From Styela clava (Eukaryota), in assembly GCF_964204865.1 (NCBI RefSeq), contig NC_135258.1, positions 10,168,001 through 10,232,000 on the forward strand: DNA of 64,000 bases, given 5' to 3'. Shown here piece by piece: positions 12,503-26,832 of the stretch; positions within the stretch are counted from its first letter, which is position 1; the number at the start of each line of letters is the position of its first letter. Both the position numbers and the translations under genes were made by a program. A model generated the notes under the pieces. The model saw only the letters and a program-made list of their open reading frames with translations. It made no database searches and was not told the origin of the DNA.

Positions 12503-15500
12503 TCATCGAGTGCTGTCTCTCATTCGAAACAGCAAAATTAGAAATCCGAGAGTACGATATCCAACAAGAAGTGCGAACATCAAGCCAACATCTCTGTACA
12601 TGTTTTCCTGCGATTAAAAAAAGAAACGCATTTTGGAAATTGCACTACAAGACAGCAGCTCAAATGTACTTTTCGTGGGAGGTGTTGAATAGGATGACGA
12701 TCTGTCGCCAGTTAGGCCTAAAACATTCCATATACCACAAGATCTACACATATAGAGTTACAATACAAGGTATGTTAGATGGCGGTTATCAATTTTGGGA
12801 ATCAACATAGTTGTTAGAATGCCCTACTGGTAGCAAACGACTTCGAACGACGAATACCGTACCCTACTCAAGTCTAGTCCAGTTTTTGAAGAAATTCATA
12901 AATTCAAAATTTGTACAGATGTGCAGGTGGAGCATTTGGCTGCGGAGCACTAAACTTGAGAGTGCCGGTAAGATGGCAAAGTCGCTTACGTTGCGTGCTC
13001 GGACTACGGCTTGGCATACATATTGCCATTTACACCTGACTTACCGGATGAAAATCAAATTCCTCGATAATCATCAACCCAGTTTCTTGTGTACATGATG
13101 TACTATTTCCTCCAGTCGATGGACAGGCTGTAAGATGTAAAGTTTCATATTTCATTGTGATATAGTGAAATCATTTATCATATTTTAGTTCAATAATATT
13201 ATTCGCATAATGATCCATTGTTAGGGGCGGGATGTTCCCAAACGATTATACGCCACATAAATAATTTGTGTCATTACAGTATAAACAATTTTTAAAACTA
13301 AAATTCCTGGTTGTTTTATACTTGCTGAATTCATTTTGATAAAATATAATATTGTATTTAACTTTATTCAGCAACTTTATTTTCAAAAACTCACTCAAAT
13401 TCCCAACGTTTTGCCATTGATTGATCGTCAACATTTCGTTTGTAAAACCAAGACAGATATTTCAACCAGACGAAGTACACTGGTATCGAACTGAAAACAA
13501 AGTTATATCTTGGTCGATAAAAGGCATCTTATCTACTTAGTGTTGTGAATTTTTTTATAACTCAGTAATAAAGTTATAAGATTAGTAAACTACGAGATAT
13601 TTTAATTCAAATGGTGTGTATATAAAATTAATTGAAACCAGACTAATTTTCACGAAAAAATGGTGCATGAAAATATATCGGTTATTGCTAATATTTGTAA
13701 TATCAATCCAACTGTACACTACATCGCAATTTTGTGTTCAGTTCACCTAAACCACATACGTGATTTCATACTTACTCTGCAGACAAGAAGAATCCACCGA
13801 AAAGCAGCAGTGGCATAATCAAAGGGGGTCCAATGGCCAATGCAACTGTTACTGTTGGAGACATACATGAAATCAGATATCCAAAAGATACACAAGTACT
13901 GACCAATAATAAACAGATACCGTAAAATACGAAGAATTCAGCAGCACCCGGGTATAGACCTGACAAGCAAAATGGATATCATTTAGTTGGAAATACGTTT
14001 CTTTATAAGGAATACGACCATCGCTCCCATATTGCATTACCAGTAATATTGTATATATATATATTTAAGTGTGCATGTTAATTAAGATTCATGCTTGATC
14101 TTGTGATTTTATCATCAAAATATTTTCTAGTTTGGAAATGGTAGTTGCTGGCAAGTTGACCACGCTCCGAGAAAACTTTACAAAAATACTCATAGATCTT
14201 GGTTTCTCCAGGATATTGCGAATTTCCGCCAAGTTTACCCATATGACAACATTTAAACAATGATGATGTATAACTATTGTTGACAGTTGAATACTTTTGA
14301 ATAATTTTTTAGATATACCTTGTTACCTACCTAACATGAAATAAACTATCACCGAGTAAATAAGAGGTAAAATGATGTACATTGGTAGTTCAGCGACATT
14401 TTTTGAGAAAAAATATGCTGCAGTGCTGTACATTCCATTAAAATGTTCTCTTCGAAACAATGGGATCTCAGTCGGAAAAGCCTGTATAGGAAATGAAGAG
14501 AATAGAAAATGCGTCAAATGATGAAATTGTTGTTGTCATAACTCATAACAGCACGACAACAATTCATCCCATGTATTCTTACATTACTGCATTTAAATGA
14601 ATGTTTGCCGTAGACATTTGCATTCGGTAGCTTATAAAATACTAAACTACATTACATATTATGTAGGGGAGTGTAGACGTTAACCTTCGTTAATCTGAGC
14701 ATTGCAACATAACTGATTTCCCTACGTAACTTTTCAAGTTCAATAAAGAAAGAAAATAATACCCCGTATATATATTTTACAACTATTTTTTATAAATGTA
14801 AATACTTACGTTAATAACCCCAAATACATATGAAAATGTCAAGTTGATAGCGACAAGGAAAAGTGCTCCACTTATGTTTCGAACCTCACTGGTGTCGTAT
14901 GGTTTTCCGAATGGAGTTCTGAGATATACCAGTCCAATGATCAAAGCCACAACCTAGAATTACCCCATTTATACATAAAAAGAAGGAAACTATGCCACTG
15001 GAAATAGGTTTGTACTTGTATCTGGTACAAGAGAGCAACCCTCAAATATATGGGCACGTAGACGAGAGCGAATCAGTTCTTACCCGTACCTTTGATGCTC
15101 TCAAGAAAGTTCAGGATTCCCAGTAGCAAGAATTTCGCAAAATCAAAGCGTACAGGCAGTCATCACGCGGACTATAATCCGCGTTCCCGTGGATAAAAAT
15201 AATACAGCGAAATTTTAGACGAAATATCAAATTTCATAGAATTAATACAACATTTAGAAATAAATAAAAGTAATAGCCTTCTAGAATAAATTCCATCTTT
15301 AACTACTTAAAATTTCAAAGCAATTGGTCCAGTAATCAAAGAGAAAAGCGACTTTTTAAAAACGTGTCAAAGAACAAGAACAACAACACAATATTGAAAC
15401 GATCGTTATGTCCACTACGTGTCCAAAAACAAATATTAAGACAGATGTGCACATTCAGACAAACCCAAGTAAGAGTAGATATTAAACTTAACCCATGAAT

Positions 15501-18500
15501 ACAAATGTCAAAACTTGTACAAGGAGAAATTCTCCACCCCTAACCCTGTACACGCTTAAAGAGATAGGATATAACTGTCATCGAAAATTAAACTAGGAGT
15601 GAAAAACAATATTGCTACATGAGGAATCGTCGGACCTCCTGAAGTATGCGCACCAAGATGGCGCACAACCTGAACTCAGGTTGTGTACCAGGTTAGGGTT
15701 CAGGTTATGCGACATCTTGGTGGGCATACTTCAGGAGTACCGAATCGTCGAAAAATTAGTGTGGGCACACAGGAGTGCCAACTTACAAACGTTGCTTACT
15801 AACCCCAAAGAACATTCATGTCAATACTTTACCTTATAAATAAACCTGGTATTTTTTTAAAAAACAATTTTTTTTTTATATTTGTATAAATTTCTGGAGC
15901 GCCCACTTAGGCGACTTATCTTCCTGCCACTTAACTACCACACTTCTTTCAACGACGAAAAACTACACTACTTTTTTAGCAACTCGATAATATATATATA
16001 TAAATACGATCTCACTATAGTTTGACCCAATCGCACTCTCGACACCACTGGATCTCTGTAAATTGTTATCATTGCTCTTCCGAGGCAGGCAAGAAATTGA
16101 TTGAATTGTCCTGTTTTATACGGCGATGATTTGATGTGAATTTCCTACAATGAAAAATTAGTTATTAATACTGACTTTGGTTTGAAAAGTCAAATGAAGT
16201 AAACTGAAAAGCAAATCGATTTTGCAAGATAGAAAACACGCCAACAAAGAATATATATATTTAACTCCATTGTTCAGCTTATAGATGAAGCGAAAGAATG
16301 AATCAGCAAGTCAATATAAAAACCAAATCTAACTATTTAAAAAGAACTTTATGTTAATTCATAAAACGTACATGATGATCATCATGATTTCCGAAGTCTT
16401 TTTCGATCATGCGAGCAATCGTCTTGCTGTTATCAGAATTTTTATAATGTTCAGCTAATTCTGCAATTTTTTCTTTGCAGCTTGCTTCCATGCCAGGTAT
16501 GACCGATATTTCCATTATGAAATGATCAGCGGGATTGAAGTTTATTGGACATGGCAAGCCAACACTGCAAAAAAACGTGGATGAAAGTTTAAATAAAATT
16601 AGAAGCAACTTATATTGTTGATGGGAACAAAGTAATTTCAATCCAAAATACACATATTATCGTCTTCTCCCATACTGTTTTGATAACAATTTATAATAAT
16701 GGAAGTATACTACCGGCATTAACTGCAACAAAATTGGTAATTTATGTGGATATCTACTCATCCTGACTATCATGTATCAAAATAATCTATTTTTGGCACT
16801 TTGAAAATATTATATGTAAAATTGCATTTGTTGTTTAGGTTAGATTTCTTGTAATTTAATCAGTGTATTATTTGATCAACACAGAATATCGTCACGCTAA
16901 TAACCGAATTGCGTAAGTCAGTTTTGGCGATTTGGGGTTTTTTATAAAATAGGTATTTATGCAATGCCGCGCACTTGTCTGTTAACTCAGATTTTATTTT
17001 AAGAATTCATTGTTGTAAACTGCTTGTCCGAGGAAGTCTGACTCTGGTCGGACGAAACGTTACAGAAATACATTTGTGTTAGTGTGCAGCTGGACTCTTT
17101 AATTGAATAGAATACCCATAAAATAGAGATTTAGTATGACATGCACATTTGTGCAATTGTTTTGTCATAATGAATTATCATCGTTACCGCAGGACTATTC
17201 TGACGTCACAAACGCAAAATAACCTCAGCGAAGTATTTTCGAGTTTTTGCATCTCGGATTCTTGCTTAGCGCGTATTAATTTGAATTTATACTACAGTAT
17301 AGGAAGACGTACACTTGTGATATTTACTGTCCGAGTCCAATTCACCTTGGTTGGCTTTTATATTGGGTGCATTGCTGTATTATTCTTTATATTTAATCTT
17401 AGTCTTATTTCGGTGGGTGTGCAGAACGTGTTATATTGATGAAATATATATTTTTAAACATAAAAAATAATGTAATTGAAACTGATTAGCTATTTTGGGG
17501 ATTAGACATTGTAGATACTGAGAATTACATTCGTTTTTTGAATGTTTAGTTTTCATGACTGGTGCATATAGTAAAGTTGCAAAATTGCGTATGTCCCCAT
17601 GTCATAGACACATTTTTGCCTAAGTCACAGTGCGCCATTATGACGTCACTTAACTGCGTCAAAAAAACTTAAATCCGGCTACGATCAAAAAATTGAACCA
17701 TGGCAAATTATTGACTCTCGATGGCATAACAATATCATTAGGAAGTTTTTTACGTTTTCCTCAAAACTGCTAAAAATGACTTACGCAATTCGGTTATTAG
17801 CGTGACGATATATAATCTTTATTGGCCCTTCATCAACAGTTTGTTACAAGGTTCTGACATATTTTATTCTTACAGAGAGTTACAGCCTACTCAATCGATT
17901 TTTGAGAGCGTCAATCCTATGTGGAAAGAAAAAATACCTGCGATGGTTGTGTATTAAAAAATACAAGTACTGTAGAAGAAGGACCTACCTTGCATAATAT
18001 TGATTTGCTTCTTCTCTTGGTCCGAGATAAATCATGTTTCCCAGGGCCAGCAAGAGGACATGGTCAAATAATGCAAACACTTCGGAACTTGGCTGATGTA
18101 TTGTACACAACACCGTGCATCCTGGGAAGTGAAGTATCTCTTACTAATACGGTATTCTAAACATTATATTAAAAATCCCCTTTCCGCTTTAGTTAACGAG
18201 AGTACTTCTACATAAGTCAGATGTCTGGTCCAGCTCGAACAGTAGTTATCAAATTGGGCCTCCTACAGCTGTTGGATTTTCTAAATACGTTTCGTAACTA
18301 ATTGATTGAAGTATTCATTTCGATCGATTGTTGTCATAGTTCTCAACTTCAACATATTGAAATCCTTTTATAATTATGTGAATAGTAAATCAGTTTCGCC
18401 GATAATTCAATAGCTTATTATATGGAACTTGATCGAATTATCAAGTATTGGCATATAATTTCCAATTGTATATTGTCATTCCCAATAACGGCAAAGTCGA

Positions 18501-21500
18501 TAAAAGGCATTATAATAATCGATACTTGCCTTCTTTTGCGATTCGTTGCAAACATTCAACAAGAACTTTCGCTAAATAGGAATCCAATCCGGATGTTGGT
18601 TCATCGCAGAATAGCAGCGGTGGGTTTGTCAGCAACTAAAAATAAGGTTTAAATATTGATACTATAGGGTGATATCGTAACACTGATTCACACTTACTAA
18701 TTGCCATATAGTCCAAGGACTCATAACTAACCACAATAATGGGTAGACGTATTTCTAATGATAACAAAAGTGTCAAAGAAAATTGTTCTTAAAAAGTATG
18801 CAGCAGTACGATAAATGTAAATCACAGCGCTGCTTACGTTGAAATTGACAAGCCAAGTATTACCGGTAGTTATTGAGTATTATTGACGATTAGAACCATG
18901 GAATTAGGTGTAATCAATAGTAAACCATAATAATGTAATTACTAAGTACCAATAATTTCCTTGCAGTTAATCACAAATATTAGCATTAAATAATAATAGT
19001 ATATTAGGTTTGCCAAATTCTCTTGAATTTTCGGTCTATGAATGTTTTCAAGTTTATCAAATTGTCAGCAATATTTGTTGATACATTGTTACTATTGCTT
19101 TTATGTTACAAATCTTTTTTTTTATTCATTTATTCACAACAATATATGACACCCACCTCAGCTGCAAAGCTCAGTCTTTTCATTTCTCCTCCCGATATGG
19201 TTTTAGTTTTTCCAGGAGTTCCAATCATGGTGTTTTCACATTTACGTAATCCCATTTGATCCATAACATCATTCACACGGCTGAGTCGTTCGTTTTCGGA
19301 CACTGAACTGTCCATTCGAAGTCTCGCCTGCATTCAAATGCTTGATTAGGTGATCATTTCTTCGCATTTTTATGTGAATAATTAATATGAACATATTGTA
19401 TGATTTCAATGTGTTCACTGTTATAAACATAACGAAGTGCCTATTAACACAATAAAATATATTTATTGATATTGAGTTTAGTTTTAGTAGTGTAGGACTT
19501 ACTGCAAGTAATTTGAAGGAGTCTGTTTCCAATTTGAATCTTTATATTTAAGATTTTGTATACAAATATGAGTAATACTAGTACATACATAGGCACTTGG
19601 AAGATAAACTGAAAATTTGCGTTTGCATACAAAAATATTTTTTGAAAACAAAGATAATTTCTTTGCATTTTGATACGAAAGAGAAATAATAAAAAAAATG
19701 AAGCTATTTAACAAACACAGATTAGTCAAGGAAATTGTTTTAATCTGAAATTGAAATATGATAACAGATTATGGTAAAAATCTATTCAGCTAGTCAAAAA
19801 AATGAGGTAACAAAATCTTACGCTGAACAAAAGATGTTCTCGTACAGTCATGGCACCCACAAACAAATCATCTTGCTGAACATAAGCTGATACATTTGTG
19901 ATTTGTTCTTCCAGTTCTCTGCCGTTTACTTTGATCTAGCAAATGTGATATGAGTTTATTTGATTACTACCTCGCTTTGAGTTTAAAGATTACAGCATCC
20001 GAGTATGTCTCCTTTTCAAATATTTGTAATTAGGATTTTCATTATAGTCACATTGAAATAACTGTTTTTGCCCTTCTACGTAGGGGAGGACCAGTCTATT
20101 GGCGAGAGAATATTTGAAATAAAAGTGCATAGAATCAAAAAGTTGTTGTTATCGGGTTGTTTACCGTCATCAAATAAACCTGTTGAGAAGATAAATTTTA
20201 ATATATATATATAATATGTCATCACATCACACCGAGTGCCAGCCACACCATTAAGTTATTATATATATATTACATATGGGCAATCTAAAATTATGAAATC
20301 AAAAAGTCACACCGTGATTCGGAAGGCGCCTGGGTTTGCGGTAAAATTAAAGTACTAATTCATCATCGTATTTTAGATACGAATTAATGTACTACCGGAG
20401 ATAATTGGTTGGTTTATTTTAACTTTTGATCCTGCTTCTGATAAACGAGTCAACATATTCGGGTTTGGACCCGGTACAAACTTATAGCTCCGGATGGGAC
20501 GGGTTCGCCTCAATAAAACTCAAAGCTATGTTCAAGACCGGAATTGCACAATTACTGTATGATTGTTTGTAAAATACCACATTATCTATTAAAGAACAAG
20601 TATTGTTTATTAACACACCCATAAGTTGTTTAAATTGCAAGTTTCCATTTAGTAACCACCGACATTTTATTGTTTTTTAAATCAAATATATATAGTGGAA
20701 AATCTTAACGTGTCGATTTATTATATATACCAACCGGATTAATTAAATTTTCAATGAGGTTGAAGAGAAGGAATATCAGTCGTAGGTAATAATAAATATT
20801 TAATTTAGTTGTGTTCAAGGTTCTGAGAATCTCAAGCAATATGACGTTCGTTGCTGTGTTATGGGCTTTGTCAGCTGTTCATCATACAATTTCTATTTAC
20901 TCTTAAGGCGAAAGACCACACACATAAGGTGAGTGACCGGGAGGATGATGGCGCACACTCACCCGCAATGGCAGGTTTTGTTTATTTTCCAAAGTGTTGT
21001 CGAGGATACAGATATCTGTGAAAAGTATTACGTTACGTAATTTTCGTTTTTGCGTGATCTTAAAAAAATATGGAAAAAAATTTGATTCTGAAGGAAAATT
21101 AATAAAATGTAGAATCCTTTTTGTTGTTTCAATGTAAACTTTATTTTTTCAATTCTTTGCCTTACCTCTCCTTTGATAATTAAGTTTTGACGGTTTCTCC
21201 AAGTCAAAGCATTCAATAATGTAGATTTTCCTGCTCCACTGGATCCCATTATTGCCATCACATTTCCAGGCTCAGCTATTCCATTCACTACATAAAAATT
21301 ATATTTCTATCATTCGTCCAAAAAGTCAAATCGGTTGAAAGTCTTAATTTTCAAACAATGCGGACAAAAAAGGCATATACTTCAAAAACATCTTCATATC
21401 AACAATATTGTTTTTGACTTCGAAAGCAAATAATAGCAAAATTGAAGGTGCGGTTGATTCGCCTTTGCAGGCTTCCGCGTCCAATACGAATTTCGGTATG

Positions 21501-22722
21501 ATTTTATAATATGTAACTAAACGAAATATTTAGAATTATTTAGAAAGAGACGCCAATAAGGATTATTATTTCTTACAAAAAAAAATGAGTTATTTCAGTT
21601 GGTGTAAATTTCAAATCATCTTTAAACAAAAATATTTCTGAGTCTCAGTGATACTGCTTACATAACTCTACACAATGTATTTTCGCCCATGTTCTTACCA
21701 TTCTGCAAAATAGGTTTTCCCAGCACTGGTGCATCATCCTTCTTTCGCTTTAAACACGAAAAAGCGGAGGTTTTAGGTTCCGCATACACGTATAAACTTT
21801 TCCATGTCAACCTAACTCCTTTTCTAGATATTCTATTCGTTTCTGGTGTAGGTTTGGCGGAAAAATTACTGTAAACGTTTGGTTGGCGACTTTGGCTTCC
21901 ACGAACACCGTTATCTCCTGAACAACAGATACATAATTGAATCAATTAAAATAATATTGTTATTTCAAAGTCATTCCAGATAAAATTCAAATTTACAAAA
22001 TTACATTCAACATTTGGGCAATTATTTTCTGCAAAACGACAAAACTTACAGAAGTGATAATCCCAGCTTAGAACAAGCGTGAATAACATTCGATGGGTGT
22101 GTTTAGATTTAGAAGATGGAACCAGTGGATGAATCTTCAATATATGAAATATGTATGTATCTGTTATGCTATCCAAGATGGTGATGTCGACATAATCCTA
22201 GTCACAGTTATCAGGTGACAATCATAGCCTGTCACAATGCGCCGACCATTGATTGATTAAACTGGCATATACAGGCACCGATAACTTATGATAGAACGAA
22301 TACCGTAGTCTTGACGGTTTTAACTATTGGCTACAGTCAAAACATTGGCTATTATTGTTTTTTCAATCTATTTTTACCAAACAGAATTTGCAGTTATGTC
22401 AGAAGTGTCATGGCGCAAACTTTTCTAGCGACCCCCTATAACATTTTTTGTTATTTCTAGTGTTTTTGGAAAAATTGAATACTCGTATATACAGTGTAAA
22501 TTTGATGTATACTGCAATCAATCAAGTCGAGAGCTGCTGAATTTGTTTACTCAATATTCAAGATCAAGTCTGAACCAGCCCAAGTTACAGCTATGAACAA
22601 AATAAATTAGGCGACTTTACTGAACACTTGAAATAAAACAATAAAATCTAATTCACGATATGACGGTTATTACCTCCATAAAACCCAAGTCTAATAAATC
22701 TTTGTGTACGGTAACTTTTCAT
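12503..22722 (-). CDS. white: White-like ABCG half-transporter, ~15 coding exons, with an apparent frameshift at ~13441
   Basis: Exons: 22674-22722 (tentative first), 21699-21917, 21166-21287 (Walker [10 protein letters not shown]), 19822-19935 (Q-loop AYVQQDD), 19157-19327 (signature ISGGE), 18530-18635 (Walker B/D-loop [12 protein letters not shown]), 17989-18121 (H-loop TIHQPSSE), 16372-16564 (NPADH), 16016-16144, 14810-14953, 14331-14481 ([10 protein letters not shown]), 13776-13959, 13395-13490, 13045-13127, 12503-12607. Order is NBD then TMD. Splice phases agree except across exon 13395-13490. Confidence 0.92.
15632..15779. repeat. Family A MITE-like repeat in a white intron
   Basis: ctcctgaagtatgcgcaccaagatggcg...gtgtaccaggttagggttcagg matches the other family A copies. 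Confidence 0.6.
16889..17808. mobile_element. TA-flanked TIR element (920 bp) in a white intron
   Basis: Perfect ~32-bp TIR TCGTCACGCTAATAACCGAATTGCGTAAGTCA at both ends, flanked by TA dinucleotides. No evident coding capacity. Confidence 0.85.
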
Positions 22723-25393
22723 TTTAGGCGTAGCAGGGTTAATTATTTACCAACGAATAATAAAAAGTTGAAATTGGAACATTTTAACGATACTATATAA
22801 ACAAAGTACAAAATGATAAAAAAGATGAACAAAATATGGAAAAGAGGGGAATTATGTCCATGAAATGGTGGATTTATAGAATAATTTCACGGTAGTAAAA
22901 TATTGCAAATGTGAGGACTTTTTGAACACATTTAGTTGTGTACGTATAAGCATTCGTCTTGTATTTAGATTTTCCTATAGCAAGTGTCATATACTTAAAT
23001 ATCTATTAACTTACGCGATGAAAAAGATGTTTGCTCCACCGAGCCATTTTTTACTTTGGCATTCTGACCAATTGTTTCTCCCGTCATCAAATCAGCGTAT
23101 GGATTGGCATATCCAATCTGTAAATTTTTATACCTTCAAATGTTGTCAAGTGTTACAATATTCATATTATATTACAGTCGCCAGCAAATTTCGGCCTGGA
23201 ACCAAATTTTTTGTGTCCCTCGAGCGCCTTCACTTTTAATTTGAAAAGACAAAGGTTGCCCACAAATTTATTATTACTTGCGCTGTTGTGCAGCGTTTGT
23301 TTTGTAGTAATTAGCCGAACGTGTCAACAATTAGTTGTGATTAACACAGAAACAGGAGTTGCAGATAAATCATAATTGGAAGTTTAGTGTGGCGATTGTT
23401 TTTGGCAGAAGTTAGTGCAGCCCGCGCTACCGGCACGGTGTGTATTTGGCCCAGTATACTGGATAAAGTTTGCCGACCACTTTTGTATTAGGTCATTTCA
23501 AAGTTAAATATAAATGGTACTGTAGGAACGGATTGGGATAAATATTCTGTGCTGGCCTAGATAAAAAAAAAATTAGAAAACGTATTTGTCGGTCCAAACA
23601 TTAAGTGACAATATCCACTACATCGACCCTTTCAAGAAAATTATATCTTCAATATGAAAAGTTTTCATTATTTGTAAAATAATATAAGTAGTCTAATATT
23701 CTCTAGTTAAAATTGCAGCTTCCAATTCCTATAAGGCTTATATTTAAACTAGCGGGTACTGTATGTCAGTTTTATTTCAAGTCTTTTTAACTCTTCAACA
23801 ATAAAATGGATTTGTGTAGCTTTATATTTCATAAATATGTTCCTAAAAAACTTACCTCAATATTGATATCATTTTCCATTATTCGACAAGGTATAATTTC
23901 TCCTCCACTCTCGATATTTTAGCACAAATGCGGGCCTATACGGACCCATGACTGTTATGTACTATATATAATTAGCTTTCTTCTTAGAGACAAATAAATG
24001 AGTGTTTACTACGCAACGAAACTAATCTAAATACCTTGAAAAATCACCTAATGGACATTCGGGAGTATTGACCTATTAAGATAGGTTATGAAACCAGATA
24101 TTATGTTTGGTAAATCATAAATGTGTGTTATATTTATCCAGTTCGGACTAATATCAAAGGCCGTGAGGTCATTTATTCTAGCATACATTTATATAACTGT
24201 GTGGCGATAAAAATCAGATACAGATGGATATTACGGAAATTCCTTGATATTTGGACCTGTGTCGACGTCGACACAAAACATTACACATTATGTAAAGAAA
24301 CATTATAAAAAATAATTGTTGGACACAAAATGCACTTATGGATCATTCTGCTGAATTACTATCGTTGTTGTTGCGATCACTCAACACTATCTTCATTATC
24401 CTACTGATTTACAACTCCGAAGTGGGATGATGGAAAAAAGTGGAATGAAAAAGCTCGACGTGAATTTTTTATTCAAAAAGCTGCATCCAGAAGGACCTGT
24501 AGTGATTACTTACTGATTAGGGCCGCCATTTGCAGTCGTAACTGAGCTAACTCATTGTATTCCACCAAAACCAAGGGTGTATTGTTTTATATTTAAAACT
24601 GACAACAGAAGAAGGAAATTCCCACATTACTATACTGGAGCGCTAGGTGGACATTAAAATGGAAAATATATCAATACCTACAGCGTATTAAATTGAGAAG
24701 GTGATGAAGAACGGCAAAGAGCCCTCTTAAACATAGCAGAAGCAATGTGGTAAAAGCTTCTGAGATTGTGTACACTGTATAGTAAAGGCACTGAGCGACA
24801 AACTACCATATATTTCATTTCAGCCACAGGTACGTGTATCGCAGATCTTGATACAAAAAAGAAATATCAGAGTTTTGCAAACTTTGAATAAGCGGCATAA
24901 ACCGTTCTGAAAAGGTTTATGGTAACTATCGAGACTCCCAAAAGTTCGAGAAATCCATGAAACCCTGGATATGCACTATTTTGATATTAGAAAACTAAAA
25001 AAAAGATCTTTTGTATATCTGATAAATGATAATTCTCAATATGTTATATTTCCCTTTTTACAACATGTTGTTCTTTTATGAGTTAGTTTGATAAAATTTA
25101 CATGAATGTTGTGGAATGGTTTGCAGTATTCGTGATACGGGTTTGAAATGTTCGGTGGCATTTTCTTGCCCTCACGCAGGCTGAATTGTTATGTGGGTTT
25201 ACCTGTTGAATGGGATTTCAATATAGGCCTACGTATTAGTTCTCGTATTTTGTTATGAAGAAGGTATGACTGTGGGATTTGTTTCCGAAAATAATCTGGT
25301 GCGATTGATTTTATTCTAAATTTCAGTCCTTTACCATTGATTATATTGAATCTAATTATTTATACACTTATATATCGTAAAAACAGATTAGAT

Positions 25394-26460
25394 ATGGCTG
25401 ACGCGATAACTCAACAGGAAAAGGATTTGGCGGACAGATTAAAAGCAGCTTGCACACAATATGGAGATGAGATAGTTACCAAACTAAAATAATGTTCGGA
25501 CATTTTATATAAAATGGGTAAATTATATATGCATAAAACGGAAACATCAACAAGTGTGACACAAAAGCTGGGTTTGCTACATTAGCTAGCAACTTACTTA
25601 GGAAGAAGTACAGCTATCTACAGAATATGAAAGAGTGCAAGAATATTTCCGATGATTTGCCGTGATTTGTCAAGTCGTTTTGACAGGCTTGGGTAAAACA
25701 ATCATTCGTAGTGTCGGTGTCAAATCTATCAATGACTTATATTCGGAAGATAAATCGAAAAATTGGTATTATGATATGTTCACAACGAGCGGAGTATGTT
25801 TTGATGGAATGATTCCATATTTCTTGTAATACGCAACTTGGGCGACAAGAACCAACAAAGAAAAGACAACATAAAGTTGAAGTCATTCAACCAGCGAGTA
25901 AGATGGCTTCCTATTTGACGACCGAAGAGCATATCAAGAACGGCAATTATCTCAAAGATATTTTAACCAGGACATGCTTTGTATATGGAGATGAAAAGGT
26001 TTACAACAATTTCAGATAACTGGTCGGAAATATTATTGGAGAAGATATGGACAAGTATTCGATGAAATAGAAAAGAACGGTAATCAGTAAAATTTGACGT
26101 AAAAACGTCTTTTTATCGACCACTTACAGCAATTATTGCATACGCTGCGCGCATTTATAAAATTCCTTCTATAATTCCAGCTTTGATATCCTGACAAAAT
26201 TATATTTTATGTTGCAGAGAGATTTCCATGACACTCAATATGCACTTGCTACTGCCTGCGAACTTAGACTCAAGTTTACGCAGAAGGAGGTTGTCGTGGA
26301 TACAACGTTACGCCAAACTACTTGTACAAATTTATAAGCAAAACATGTGCGGTAAACTGTACAACATACGCACAAGTTTGCTGAAGTTATGCGGGCTTGT
26401 ATCTTAAAACACTTGGGCATTACATCAAATTGTACAATTGAACCGGGTCCTGGTATGTCA
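25394..26460 (+). pseudogene. Pseudogene copy of the nucleotidyltransferase/helical-repeat gene at 53479-56823
   Basis: Begins MADAITQQEKDLADRLKAACTQYGDEIVTKLK* (E33 to TAA at 25490-25492). A large deletion follows TQK. Homology resumes at STEYERVQEYFR*FAVI and continues (SINDLYSEDKSKNWYYDMFTTSGVCFDG) with frameshifts up to IEPGPG. The C-terminal half is absent. Confidence 0.93.
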
Positions 26461-26656
26461 ATTATAATGCAGACTATAAGTTAATTAATATTATATATAT
26501 ATATATATACATACCGGTATTTATTTTAAAATTAAATTTTTTTTTATTATATGTATTGGCTCACCACTTGACCTTTCCAACATTGAAATGTTCCGTCTGT
26601 ATATTATATACACATGAAAAAATACTCATATTTTCAACACTGTGATTAGGTATAGC

Positions 26657-26832
26657 CAGTGGTGAAACTCAAATTTTTTGTCGGCCGTGTACATCACAAA
26701 AGTCATATTTTCCATCCGGTTCTGTTACGAACAGTCATATGTTTTCAGTATTGCTAACCGGTTCGCTGATCTCATAAAATTCCGTGAGATGGTTCTATAG
26801 AACCGGTGCGAACCGGCTGAATCCCACCACTG
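26657..26832. mobile_element. hAT-Charlie-like MITE, 176 bp
   Basis: TIRs CAGTGGTG...CACCACTG with a perfect 8-bp TSD GGTATAGC. The paralogous site in the right arm (~52940-52955) is empty. Confidence 0.9.

Noticed and set aside
23856-23879. MENDINIE|GTAAG as the first coding exon of white
   Set aside because: It ends in phase 0, but the exon at 21917 needs phase 1. The exon at 22674-22722 fits the phase. This could still be a 5' UTR exon, so the start remains uncertain.
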